A DNA stretch of 64,000 nucleotides from Octopus sinensis (Eukaryota). The notes under the pieces were generated by a model that saw only the letters and a list, made by a program, of their open reading frames with translations, ran no database searches and was not told where the DNA came from. The position numbers and the translations under genes are program-made. Below, one piece after another: positions 41,446 to 54,603 of this stretch. How positions within the stretch are numbered: position 1 is the stretch's first letter; each line of letters starts with the position of its first letter. The stretch covers positions 8,741,360 through 8,805,359 of the forward strand of contig NC_043019.1 of assembly GCF_006345805.1 (NCBI RefSeq), in the 5' to 3' direction.

Positions 41446-41859
41446 CTATAACAGTCCTCTACATTTTCACTAAAATAAATGATAATGATCTCGATGGAAT
41501 TTGGCTGAGATCGCGTTCGCTGATAAGAATACAGACACATAAATTGTAAACCCGTCGATGCAAGAGAATAATAAACGAAATATACGATTAGTCTGCATCG
41601 AGTTGGAGATGAAAATACTGTCCTGCAGATGTAATTACTCAGAGTCTCTCATGAAAATCTGCCAAAAAACGAGAGTACTCAGAAAAATAGTATCGTTATA
41701 AGAAGAATTCAGAAACTATTTCGTTATTCTAAATACTTCGAAATTCTGTAACGTTAAACGGTTACAAACTTTGGAAACATTTCTGCTTCAATAAATTACT
41801 ATATATAGGCGTGGGGGAGAGGAAGGTACTAGTAGAAGCGTGAACAAGCCGGTGGGTGG

Positions 41860-42200
41860 GGAATGCTTAGCAGTATTTCGTCTGCCTTTACGTTCTGAGT
41901 TCAAATTCCGCCGAGGTAGAATTTGCCTTTCATCCTTTCGGGGTCGATTAAATAAGTACCAGTTACACACTGGCGTGGATATAATCGACTTAATCCCTTT
42001 GTCTGTCCTTGTTTGTCCCCTCTGTGTTTAGCTCATTGTGGATAGTAAAGAAATAGGTATTTCATCTGCCGCTACGTTCTGAGTTCAAATTCATCCTTTG
42101 GGAACGATAAATTAAGTACCAGCAGCATAATGGGGTCCATCTAACCGACTGGCCACCTCTCCCAAAAGTTTCGGGCGTTGTGCCTAGAGTAGAAAAAGAA
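41860..42200 (+). mobile_element. SINE family A dimer (unit with tail 2 fused to a second unit with tail 1)
   Basis: The first unit ends AAAGAAATAGGTAT and runs directly into TTCATCTGCCGCTACGTTCTGAGTTCAAATT of a second unit ending GTGCCTAGAGTAGAAAA. Confidence 0.85.
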
Positions 42201-42283
42201 AGTAAAAAGTAAAAAAAGAAGGAAAATATTAATTCCTATATATGTATGTGTGTGCGCGTGTGTGCGTGCGTGTGTGTGAATGC

Positions 42284-42321
<38 letters not shown>

Positions 42322-42482
42322 AAATATATATATATATGGCATACATGCCCATATATATATATATATATACATACATACATACATACATACATGCATACAT
42401 ACATACATAACATATATACTACATACATATATATACATATATATATATGTATGTATGTATATATATATATATGTATATATAA

Positions 42483-42566
<84 letters not shown>

Positions 42567-43096
42567 TATATATATGTACAAATGAGCGTAGCATATGTGA
42601 GTACATGTGCGCTTCTGTGTGTGTGTGTGTGTACATGTGAATCTATGCGTTAAGTCTGTACAGATTACATAGTGTGTGATCTTAAAAGACACTAGGCTGT
42701 TTGTGTGTGTGTGTCTGTGTGTGGAAAGAGTTACAGATGCGTCAGTGTGTAGATGTTTGCTTTGTGTGTATAAGCGAACGTGTGAGATAGTGTAAGTGTT
42801 GGTATCCCTGGATACTCCTTTCATACGACCCACGAAGCCAGATCAAGTGAGATCGATATATCGATTAGGTTTTCATTATAAAAACTGGCAAACAAGTTCA
42901 GTTGTAGTCAGCCAACACCGATGGAAGCCATTAGGAGAACGTACACACCAACACAGAGGCATATTTATCTATAAATATAAGCATATTTGTAAACACACAC
43001 ACACACACACACGCTATAGAAATGTGTGTGTGTGTATACACACATATCTATATAAACATATGTATAATATGGATATATTTGTTCAAAGGATAGACA

Positions 43097-43191
<95 letters not shown>

Positions 43192-43635
43192 GTGTGTGGT
43201 GTCTGTATATACATATGTACATAATTGCAAATATATAGTAATACAGGCAGATGGATACACTGACATATATTTATTTATATATGTATATATACACATATAT
43301 ATACATATATACATAGTGTGTGTGTGTGCGTGTGTGTGCGTGTGTTTGAGTGGGAATGTATATGAATATAGAGCACAGACATTATTGTCTCTATTCAAAT
43401 ATATATGCGTAAAGAGTAGGTTGTAGAAAAAGTAAGCAGACATAGATATGAATATGAAATATAGGAACAAGCAGACACACACTAACACATTTGTGCATGT
43501 TTATAGGTAAATGGGGACCAATCTATCTGTCCAGTCTATGAGTCTATATCTCGGTCTCTGTATACACACACACATGAACATATATATATGTACTTAAATA
43601 GACAGAGAGACAGACAGACACACAGACAGACAGAC

Positions 43636-43723
<88 letters not shown>

Positions 43724-43781
43724 TGATAGATAGATAGGTAGATGGGTAGATAGATAGATAGATTTATAGATATATATATAT

Positions 43782-44022
43782 ATAAAATATTATTAGAGAC
43801 AAAACCACTATTTTGCAAAACAAACAAGGAAAGACTTAATCAATACATAAAATTTTGACTATTTATTAAAATTTTATGTATTGATTAAGTCTTTCTTGTT
43901 TGTTTTGCAAAATAGTGTTTTGTCTCTAATAATATTTTTATAATATTTTACTATAAAATTGGATTTATCCTAAATCTGATTTTTTTTTCCCTCTAAATTT
44001 GGATTTATTCCTAATATTTATT
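43782..44022 (+). mobile_element. Fold-back Penelope-like terminal repeat, short copy of the 55183 family
   Basis: 43782-43856 is the reverse complement of 43868-43940, with an 11-nt spacer and an ~80 bp tail nearly identical to 55508-55590. Confidence 0.85.
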
Positions 44023-44056
44023 ATATATATATATATATATATATTATATAATAGAT

Positions 44057-44091
<35 letters not shown>

Positions 44092-44514
44092 AAATACAGA
44101 GAGACAGACAGACAGATAGACGGATAGACGGATAGATAATAGATAGATAGATAGGTAGATAGACAGGTATAGGAATGGAGACTGGAAGAAATGCAGGTGT
44201 TATCTCCGATTTTTAATATATCCCATGTGGGTGTGTGTGTGTGTGTGTGTCTGCTTTGTGAGTGTATGCGTGTGTGTTTTTGCTCTGTGTGAATGTGTAG
44301 AGATGTATGCAAATGTACTTCTGTTGGTATTTACACATATACATAAAACTGCCCCAGTGTGTATGTGTGCGTGTGTGCGAGTGCGTGTCTGGTTAATTAT
44401 TGAATGTGGAAGAGAGCATAAGAAGGCGTAAGATGAGGACGTTAAGTGTTTCTTAAATGCAGGTGTTGAAATTTATACTATTCTTATTATTTTCATCGAT
44501 AGTGTTGCGTTCTT

Positions 44515-44566
<52 letters not shown>

Positions 44567-44805
44567 AAGTAGCAGTAGTAGTAGTAGTAGTAGTAGTAAG
44601 TAGTAGTAGTAGTAGTAGGTGTGGTGGTGGTGTTAATGATGATGATGATAATAATGATGATGACGATGGTAATGATGATGATGATGATGATGGTAATGAT
44701 GATGGTAATGATGATGATGGTAATGATGCTGATGATGATGAGGATGGTGGTGGTGGTGATGAAGATGACGACGTTGATGATGACGAAGATAATAATGATG
44801 ATGGA
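44515..44805. repeat. (TAG)n and (GAT/GGT)n trinucleotide repeats
   Basis: Directly visible. Confidence 0.95.
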
Positions 44806-44898
44806 CTTTGATAGTATGTGTATGAAGTCATGTGATTATTAGGATGCATACATATATATAAGGTGTGTTTGGTGTGAGGGACACAAGGTTGTCGAATA

Positions 44899-44954
<56 letters not shown>

Positions 44955-45163
44955 TCTCGTGGCCTTGTGAGTGTCTATGTGTGTGCGTATATGCAAGCGT
45001 GTGCATATGTTGTGTACGCAGACGCATATTTATGTCTATGCATTGATGTAGGTATCTGAGTGTAAATGTATGTCAATATACATCATATATATATATATAT
45101 ATATATACTAATGTATACATGCGTGTGTACATTCAAAACTATATATTTCTGTGAGTGTGTATG

Positions 45164-45226
<63 letters not shown>

Positions 45227-45369
45227 TTATATATATTTTCGATTAGAAGTTGTGTTAACCTCATCAAGGGATCGTTTCATCCGTAGAAATACCAACACCT
45301 TGTATTTGGGGGGATTCAATTCCCTTAAAAATAGGTATATATGAACAAAAAACATTGTTTTTATTCATA

Positions 45370-45600
45370 TCAAAGAAGAAGAATAAAATGGAGACTAGGA
45401 AGTTAATAATTGTTTATTATTAGCAGCGAGTTAATCATCCCTTACAGCTGTTTCAATCAATACTCAGTAAATATTAAATAAATACTGAATCTATATGATC
45501 CGAGTCATATAAGTTTAATATTTATGCAAAGGATGGTGATTAATTTGCTGTTAATAATAAACAGTTACTAACTCCCAAATTTCCACTTTCTCTTTGTCGT
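45370..45600. mobile_element. Old, diverged fold-back element with a hammerhead remnant
   Basis: AGTTAATAATTGTTTATTATTAGCAGCGAGTTAATCA pairs imperfectly with TGATTAATTTGCTGTTAATAATAAACAGTTACTAACT. TACAGCTGTTTC at about 45443 is the reverse complement of GAAAC-AGCT-GTA. Confidence 0.5.
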
Positions 45601-45648
45601 TAAAAATATATATAATATATATATATATTATATATTATATATATATAT

Positions 45649-45679
<31 letters not shown>

Positions 45680-45693
45680 TATATATTATATTA

Positions 45694-45768
<75 letters not shown>

Positions 45769-46029
45769 TAGAAGAAAAGTAGATAGACAGATAGTAGATA
45801 CAGATATATAGATATATATAATATATATATATAGATAGATAGATATAGATAAATAGATATATAGATGTGTGGGTGTGTGCATAAGTTTCGCAATGTACGT
45901 TGAAGCAGCCGTTAACGTTTCCCCCTATCCTCTGTTTGTCTCTTCGTTCCTGTTCAGACGGGGCTACGATTACTGATTCACCGATGATGAAAGGTGAGAA
46001 GTCGATATGTTGAACAGGAGTATATATTA

Positions 46030-46077
<48 letters not shown>

Positions 46078-46154
46078 TATATATATATAGATATATATAT
46101 ACCTGTAGGTATGTATGTAACACACCACTCACACAAACACACACACATAATTAC

Positions 46155-46870
46155 ATGTTTTACCTTCTCTGCTACATGTTTCTACTGTTACACTGCGTCC
46201 ATGCTGGAGTACTGTCTTGGAAGACTTTTAGTTGAATGTATTAACTTCAGGACTCGTGTTTTAAAGGCTGGTACCAATTTTATCGCTCTTTTACCGAAGC
46301 ACTAAATTACGGGTACGTAAACACACCAACGTCGGTTATCAAGATGTGGGTTGACAAACAGAGTCTGTAAGACGCACACACATACATACACACACTCATA
46401 CACACACACAGACACTCATATATATATATATGTCCATATATATATACATATGTGGAGGCGCAATGGCCTAGTGGTTAGGTCGAAGGATCGCGGTTTCGAT
46501 TCCCAGACCGGGCGTTGTGTGTGTTTATTGAGCGAAAACACCTTAGTGCTCCACGAGGCCCCGGCAGGGGGTGGTGATCCCTGCTGTTCTCCTTCACCAC
46601 TCTTTCTCTCACTCTTTCTTCTGTTGGCCTGCTCGCTTAGCCAGCGGGGTGGCGTCATTCGAAGGCTAAAACAATGTGAACGCATTGTGACCAGTGATGT
46701 GTAACATTTATACGACAGGCTTTTTTCAGTGTCTGTCTGTCTGTCAAATTCACTCATAAAGCTTTATTTGCCCTGAGGCTTTGTAGAAGATATTTTCCTG
46801 AGGTTTCCACTTAAGAAGACTAAACACTGAACCATTTCGTAGGGAAGCAAGCTTCTTACCACCCACCCTC
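46155..46870 (-). mobile_element. SINE family D (full), interrupted by a nested family B SINE
   Basis: The 3' half at 46155-46375 and the 5' half at 46709-46870 are collinear with the reverse complement of 47918-48378. Confidence 0.75.
46454..46706 (+). mobile_element. SINE family B head with a different tail (tail 2), nested in SINE D
   Basis: Matches 36698 through CTTTCTCTCACTCTTTCTTC, then switches to TGTTGGCCTGCTCGCTTAGCCAGCGGGGTGGCG...GATGTGTAACA. Confidence 0.85.
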
Positions 46871-47224
46871 TCTATATTTCTATGTTCATTTACACACAGA
46901 CATATCTCTACATATATTCCTTTACAAGTTGCACTCATGGACTTCCTACACTTCCCGTAACCCTCTTATTCAGGTGGTTTCTTGAAATTGACGAGATTCT
47001 TAATACTTTTTCACTGTATTGGTTTTTCTTTTCTTTTTTTTTTTACATCTAATATTTTATTTTTGGTCATCTATATCAATGAGGCTACATCCGTTAATTT
47101 TCTGCTTTTCTTTAGAGAAACGAGAAGATCCATTGCGGAACTGTTATTTTAACGAATTATATCTATTTATCACCTGCAGAGATACATTTGCACCGTCGGA
47201 TGCACCTGAAGCAGTCTGCAAGTA

Positions 47225-47309
47225 TCCGGCCCGCCGCCCGTGAGGGATCGATGCTAGATGTTCCGAAACAGTTGTGGCGAGTATTTCTACCATCCGTCTT
47301 TCATTTACC

Positions 47310-47312
<3 letters not shown>
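47225..47312 (+). mobile_element. Decayed hammerhead-bearing terminal repeat (family shared with 54500-54603)
   Basis: CGC-CCGTGA-GGGATC GATGCTA GATGTTCC-GAAAC-AGTT-GTG-GCG, then CATCCGTCTTTCATTTACCATATA into (AT)n. Confidence 0.5.
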
Positions 47313-47353
<41 letters not shown>

Positions 47354-47800
47354 ATATACATACATATATAATTAGTTATTAGTATGTGATGTTTGTGTAG
47401 TAGCGAAACATGGCCGAGTTGATAAAAGAAAAAACAACAGAAAAAAGAGAGTCGAGAGAAGAGAGAACCCTCGAGTGTGAGGGGCGATATTGGATTGTAT
47501 GTGGGGTGTATCGGAGTACTTGCAAGGCAACGGTGGGTAAAGTGGAATATGAAGAGGTAATCGTATCAGAAGACAGGAGAGAGGGTGGTTATTTATGTGA
47601 GATTTTGGTAAAGTTGTATAGCTTCATAATATATTGATTGGAAGGGCTTTGATCAAAAGAGGTTCTTTCATCAGTTTCCCGTTTCCGTATTGAACAAGGA
47701 GAGAGATGCTAACCTGCCTCTGGTGGATAGGAGATATTGAGAAGAATAAAGTTATACCGGAAGAGGTTTGGGGAGAAGACTACACACACACACACACAAG

Positions 47801-47842
<42 letters not shown>

Positions 47843-47917
47843 AACACATACATATATCCTTCTCGCCAAATATGCATGTGTGTGTGTGTATGTGTGTGTA
47901 TGTGTGTGTGTGTATGA

Positions 47918-48084
47918 GGCGTAGACGTGGCTCTGTGGCAAGGACCTTGCTTTCCAACCACATGGTTCCCGTTTCAGTCTCATTGCTGCTTGGCACCTTG
48001 GGCAAGAATCTTCTACTAAAGCGTCGGGCGAACAATGCTTTGTGTGTAGATTTGGTAGAAGGGAACTGAAAGGAGCCTATAGTG

Positions 48085-48161
<77 letters not shown>

Positions 48162-48378
48162 TATATATATATCTGGTGTGTGTGTCTTTGTGTCCTGTCA
48201 CCTCACCACAGCTTGACAACCGGTGCTACAGTCTTCGCGTCCCCGTATACTAGTGGTCCGGTAAACGGTGGCCAATAGAAAAAGTACCCAGCTTAAAACA
48301 AAAATATAAATTATGTAGTTAATTCCTTCTACTAAAAATTCAAGGTGGTGCCCCAGCATGACCGCATTCTAATGACGT
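47918..48378 (+). mobile_element. tRNA-derived SINE family D, full length with internal microsatellite
   Basis: tRNA-like head, GGCACCTTGGGCAAG..GATTTGGTAGAAGGGAACTGAAAG, internal (CA)n(AT)n(GT)n at 48081-48190, then 3' half GCTTGACAACCGGTG..CAAGGTGGTGCCCCAGCATGACCGCA. Confidence 0.85.
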
Positions 48379-48512
48379 AACGGCAGATGAAAAACGGCTA
48401 CGCATTTCGCCCGGCGTGCTAACGTTTCTGCCAGCTCGCCGCCTTTTTAATTAGAATATATTTATTTCTTTATTGCCCACAGGGGGCTAAACATAGAGGG
48501 GACAAAGAAGGA
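48375..48512 (-). mobile_element. SINE family A fragments: tail 2 immediately followed by a new head
   Basis: Minus strand reads TTTGTCCCCTCTATGTTTAGCCCCCTGTGGGCAATAAAGAAATA..GGCGGCGAGCTGGCAGAAACGTTAGCACGCCGGGCGAAATG. Confidence 0.75.
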
Positions 48513-48659
48513 GTTATACTGTAAAGGATTTAAATTACTGGAATATCAGTTGAGTGATTGGAGTTCCGTCGGTGGGAGAAGTTCTGTCTGACGAGTGCAT
48601 AAGATGGGGAGACAAGGAGAGCATATCAATGAAATTGGGATTATGAAAGGAATGTTAGA

Positions 48660-48740
48660 GGGGGAAGAGTGAGTGAGAGGGGGGAGACAAATAGCAGAGA
48701 GAGAGAGGAGAGAGAGAGAAGAGAGAGAGAGAGAGAGGAG

Positions 48741-48778
<38 letters not shown>

Positions 48779-48967
48779 GGGGGGGAGAGAAAGAAATGGG
48801 AGTTTCGGAGAAAATTATTGCGAAGAGGTTGGAAGATTGAGGGTGAGTGTAGGAAAGAGTAAAAAGTGTATTGAAGAATGGGCGGGTGGGCGATATACCG
48901 AAAGAAACTGAGAGAGACAGAAAGATGGAGCGGGAAGAAACGGTAGTAGTAGTAGTAGTACTACTAC

Positions 48968-49018
<51 letters not shown>

Positions 49019-49480
49019 TAGTAGCAGCAGCAGCAGCAGCAGCAGTAATAGTAGTAGTAGTAGTAGTAGCAGTAGTGTGCAGGAGAGAAAAAGTGATCAA
49101 GTAAGGATTTGAACGAGACTGTTGGCAAAGCTTTGAGAGTAGATAAGATGAAGTTAAGAGCAGACGGAAGAAGTTTGAAGCCAGAGTGAAAGAAAGAAAT
49201 GGAGAGAGAGAGACAGACAGAGAGAGAGGAGAGAGAGAGAGAGAGAGAAGATGGGTTGGCAGTGACATAGGTGGTGGTGGGAGTTTACCTGAAAGGCTGG
49301 TTGGATGGCTGGCGAGCTTTCCCGCTGGCTGACTGATATATAAGCAAAGTACCTTTCCTACTGTATATTGATGGGTATTGATAGATGCAGGGCGAAAGAG
49401 GCACAGAGAGAGACAAAGAGAGACAGAGAGACACAGAGACAGAGACAGAGAGAGAGAGACAGAGACAGAGAAACAAAGAG
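48660..49480. repeat. Purine-rich (GA)n/(GACA)n and (TAG/CAG)n low-complexity block
   Basis: Directly visible; produces the spurious 338-aa minus-strand ORF. Confidence 0.9.
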
Positions 49481-49574
49481 AGGGAGTAGGCATTTGTTTT
49501 CCGTAGGTGTGTGTATGCATAAGTGGATGTGTTTCTATGCATATGTACATGCAAACACACACACAGGTATATTT

Positions 49575-49772
49575 ATATCTCTTTTGCAGTCATTGGACCG
49601 TGGCCATGCTGGTGGTGGAATGCCTGGAAGAGGTTAGTCAAGCAAATCGATAGCGCTCGTTAGAGTTTCTCTCCAGCCTTTATTCCATCGACTCTTTTGC
49701 CAAATCACTAAGTTAGGTGACGTAAACAAACCAACACCATTGGTGATGCTTGGAGTAGATAAACTCCACACT
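49575..49772 (-). mobile_element. SINE family D, 3' half
   Basis: CAGTCATTGGACCGTGGCCATGCTGG..TTAGTCAAGCAAATCGA..CTAAGTTAGGTGACGTAAACAAACCAACACC. Confidence 0.7.
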
Positions 49773-49888
49773 AACAATATGATCTCTCATACATATTTAT
49801 ACACACACATACATAGATAGATATATATCTCCCTTCCTATTCCTTTCCATCTCCCTCTCTCTATATATATGTATTTATATTTGTATAC

Positions 49889-49935
<47 letters not shown>

Positions 49936-50940
49936 CAACATATATATTATATTTGTATATAATATATATATTATATTATATACGTATATATATAGAGCAT
50001 CTCATATATATATTTTCATATATATATATAAATTATATATATATTTATACTATATATATATATATATAAATATATATATATATATGTATATATATTTATA
50101 TATACCTATACCTATATCTATCTATTCTATATATATACATATACATATAAATATATATATACCTTATCTATATCTATCTATCTATCTCTATCTCTCTCTA
50201 TATATATATAAGGTGGTCAGCACTTGAAATTATGTAGTGTGTCCTTCAAATAATTATTTATTTCTCATCAAATGGAGTACTTTTTTGTTGAATTTTCGAT
50301 ATATATATACACATACATACATACATACATACATACATACATACATACATACATACATACATACATACATACATACATACATACATACTATATATATATA
50401 TATATATACATGCATACGCGCGCACACACATACGCACACACATACACTCATGCACACACATGCATATTTACACATTGGGTTTCCACACTTTTCGTCAACT
50501 ACAATATTCATCTTTATATGAAGTATATCTTAAAATATGCTTTGTGTATGAGGGATGCGTGCGTGCGTGCGTGTGTGTGTGTGTGTGTGTGTGTGTTTGT
50601 GTGCGTATGTGACACTGCTGCCCTCTGCTGGACTCCATGCCGGGACACTTGTTCGTCTGACATCGTGTGAGGAGAATATTCAAACGTGTGTTTTTTCCTA
50701 ATTCTCTTGGCAATGCATATAACCGTTCTGCAAATGGGCAAAGAGTCATTCCTCACTCAAGTTGAATAAAATCTCTGTCTCACTCATGTCATCCCTCATC
50801 ACTCGACCTTATTATTGTGTTACCTCTAAATGTTCTTCTGCCGCCTCTGATGTATCTTCCCACCTAACTTACCAAATATGTAGCCAAGGAAGGAACCCTT
50901 ACTAGCTCAGTCAGCATGAAATAGAAATAGCGAGCTGTCA

Positions 50941-51237
50941 TCTTTATATATAAAAGTGAAGTTGTGTGTCTGTCTCCTACGATTTAGATTCTTAACTACT
51001 CCCACATTTTGCGGTGCAGTTTAACCAAAACTGGGTATCTTATAGTCGTGATTCATATCGAGCCCTTCTGGGTATTAGCTCGCGTCTACGATGAGTCTAC
51101 GATTAAAAAAAAAATTACCATCATTTTTTCACATTTTAATGCACTTTTCTGCTATTATATAAGGGAGGTAACTCTCTAAAAATGCTTATATAGTTATTTC
51201 CCTTATAAACCCGAGCAACGCCGGGCGATACTGCTAG
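50941..51237 (+). mobile_element. Non-autonomous Helitron, intact termini (297 bp)
   Basis: Inserted between A and T. Begins TC (TCTTTATATATAAAAGTGAAGTTG), ends CTAG, with subterminal hairpin CCCGAGCAACGCCGGG at 51210-51225. No target-site duplication. Confidence 0.9.
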
Positions 51238-52129
51238 TTTAAAAATTAAAAAAAATCTAATGTTTTACGTAAGCTCCAATTGCATAATGCAATACTCTTC
51301 AGTTCGCTCGACTTACATTACAGAAAACCTGAGTTAAGATTGGCCTGGGTTTAAATAGAAAATGCAGACCAAAAGTGGCAGTTTTTCTTGTTAGATATGG
51401 CAGAGTAGTCACACTTAAACCACGCCCTATATTATTAAAGCAAGTGGAGGGACCGAACGGTTTGGGGGAGGCAAGACGTGATGGCTCAGGTTGGATTTGA
51501 TTGACCACGATGTGATCAGATGTGGGACAGCTTCGATCAAATGGCTACTCTCTCAAAGCTGGAATTCAAAGACCAACGAGAAACTCTCGTAAGTTTCATG
51601 TCGAAAATACCTGTTAAATATTTTTCCACCAATCCTTCTTCACTGAACCGCGATCCCCCCACCTACACACACACACACACACACACACACTGTTAACTCT
51701 TTCCCTCCCAAAAATTACATCAACAAGCAATGCATCGACGGTCAACAAGCTAGACACAATAGCTGAAGTCTCCCTCAAATTACTATCACCGTCATCGAAA
51801 AGGTTATATAGGGTAATATTTCTCTAAGCTCTTTGGGCACAGGAGAAACAGGATTGTCACGGATGGAAAGCGTTTTATTATGAATAAATACCTGCAATCT
51901 AACCCACCTGAGACATGACAGCAACAACAAACCAAGAACCATCAGCTGATCACCTTCAAATTGAATTTTATTAAATTAAAATGAAAAGAAATGTACTTGA
52001 GGTAAGGTGATCCATGGTATGGGTATGTGTGAATGAATAAACAGGATGGCCACGACCGGATTGTTTTTAATTAAATGGCTGCTCAATCAGAGTTGATCTG
52101 AAGCTGTAGAGCAACAAAAAGAGTCACAG

Positions 52130-52370
52130 AAACAACTGCAACAACTAACAACCATCAACAACAACAACAACAACAGCATTATCGTTAATAAAAAAAAAAA
52201 CAACAAAGCCAACTACAACAATAAAACACCAACAACACCAACGACAACAACAACATCATCAACGATAACAATCATCATCATCATCATCACCATCTTCATC
52301 ATCATCACCATCATCACCATCATCATCATCGTCGTCGTCGTCGTCGTCATCATCATCATCATCATCATCG

Positions 52371-52415
<45 letters not shown>

Positions 52416-52530
52416 CGACCACCACTACACTCATCACCACGACCACCACCACCACCACGAATACCACCACCATCATCATCATCATCATTATTATCATCAT
52501 CCACCAGAACAACAACAACAACAACAAGGA
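52130..52530. repeat. (CAA/CAT/CGT/CAC)n trinucleotide block
   Basis: Directly visible. Confidence 0.95.
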
Positions 52531-53675
52531 AACATCATTTCCCAAGTGAACCGTCAACCGCATCATTGATTTCCTCGGTCCAGGGAGGAGCAAAAGAGGA
52601 AAAATGGAAGGAAAACGAATGAATAAGTAAATAAATAGGAAAAAAAGTTGGCCGTGTGCTCTGTCCCGCCTTCTTTCGTTAATTAATTAATAATCAAGCA
52701 GCGGATGAGTACCATTTAAAGCCTTACTTTGACGCGAGAGGGAGTATGTTGTGCATAATGAGTGTAAAAAGGAGTACGAACGAGGGAGGAGGAGGAGGAG
52801 GGGGGGAAACCGATTTGGTGATTGAGAAGATGAGAGAAGGAGGGAGAGATAGAGAAAGTGAGAGGGCGGGCGAGGAGTAGGAGAGATTCTGAGAGAGGGT
52901 GGTGGAGTAGGAAGTGAGAGGTAGTGAGAGTGAGAGTGTGAGGAGGAGGAGGAAAGGCGAGTTGATGCGTGAATGGTAAAGTTCTTTTTAGTTTATCTGC
53001 TGTTTAAAAATCGTTGACTCATTTATCGAGAGAGAGATGGGGAGGGATGGAAGGAGGAGAGAGACTGAGAGAGAGAGAGAAAGAAAGAAAGAAAGAGAGG
53101 GAGAGAGAAAAAAGAGAGAGACATGGGAATGATAGAAGGAGGAGAGAGACTGAGAGAGGGAGAGAGGGTATGAGAGAGAGAAAGCGCGGAAGGAAAAAAA
53201 GAAGAGAAAGAAATTGAATGTTACTTGATAGGTTGGAGTCAATAATTGAGAATTCAAAGAGAGAGAGAGAGGGAGGAAAAGACGGAGAGACGGAGAGGAG
53301 ACTGACAGACAGACAGACAAATAGATGGATGGATGGTATAGACTGATAGGTGAATATATATAGATATATATATATATACGTATAGTGATAGAGATAGGTA
53401 GAGAGATAAGATGGAGATAGTATAGTGGAGAGATAGCTGAACAAATGAATACAGAGATAGGTTATATATATAATATATAATATATATAATATATATAGAT
53501 ATATATATATATATTTTATATATATATATAGGGAGAGAGGGTGTTTGATAGACTGATAGATTGGTTGGTTTTATGTAGAAAGTAGACGGATAAGATGGAG
53601 GTAGCTTTAAACATAGATTAATTGATATTCGTGTAAGTAGATACATAGATTGGTAGATTAGTAGAAACAAGATTA

Positions 53676-53775
53676 NNNNNNNNNNNNNNNNNNNNNNNNN
53701 NNNNNNNNNNNNNNNNNNNNNNNNNNNNNNNNNNNNNNNNNNNNNNNNNNNNNNNNNNNNNNNNNNNNNNNNNNN
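53676..53775. other. Assembly gap (100 N)
   Basis: Run of N; the true size and the contiguity across it are unknown. Confidence 1.
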
Positions 53776-54292
53776 GTGCAATAATGCACGGAAATGCGAG
53801 GGTGAGATTGAAAATGGTGCATAGAGACATATTAAATATTCGCACGAATAAACATGTACAGAGATGAATACATTTTGACTATAAACACTTGGGATTCTAA
53901 ATAATGGGAGAAGGCGAGGAACTCTGAACAGCCACGGAGTGAATGAGTAATCCAGCTTCCAACGAAGATATGTATGGGTGTGCGCGCGAATAAATATATG
54001 CGTGTGTGTATATATACGTGCTATTCTTTTTAGGAACGGTGAATAAATAAAACTTCAAATGATAGCGTGTAGATATTAGTTTTACCAACACTTTGGAACG
54101 AAAAGGAAGTTTGAACCCGTTATGTTCATGCTATTATTTCTAGCTTTATCTGCTTCGAGATTCATTCTAGACAAAAAGAAAAAAAAGAATTATTTGAAGC
54201 TTCCAAAATTTTGTAAATTTTTATTACGTTAACAATATATACCGACATATATCATATATATATATATATACACACATATATATATATATAAC

Positions 54293-54323
<31 letters not shown>

Positions 54324-54332
54324 TATATATAT

Positions 54333-54384
<52 letters not shown>

Positions 54385-54499
54385 AAATATATATATGTAT
54401 ATATACATACATGTACAGTTATATATGTTATATATCTATTACATAAACATATGTATTAAATATGTATGTGTGCGTGTATATGAGTTATACGGCAAATGA

Positions 54500-54603
54500 G
54501 TTGTCCCACCCAAGAGGAATCGATGGTAGATGTGTCGAAACAATTGTCGTGATTAACAATAAATTCTTGTATATTCCATCATCCGTCTTTCATTTACCAT
54601 ATA
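54500..54603 (+). mobile_element. Decayed hammerhead-bearing terminal repeat (family shared with 47225-47312)
   Basis: CAC-CCAAGA-GGAATC GATGGTA GATGTGTC-GAAAC-AATT-GTC-GTG, then CATCCGTCTTTCATTTACCATATA. Confidence 0.55.

Noticed and set aside
48546-49562. Longest ORF in the window (338 aa)
   Set aside because: Spans (CT)n and (CTA/CTG)n repeats that lack stop codons; no domain.
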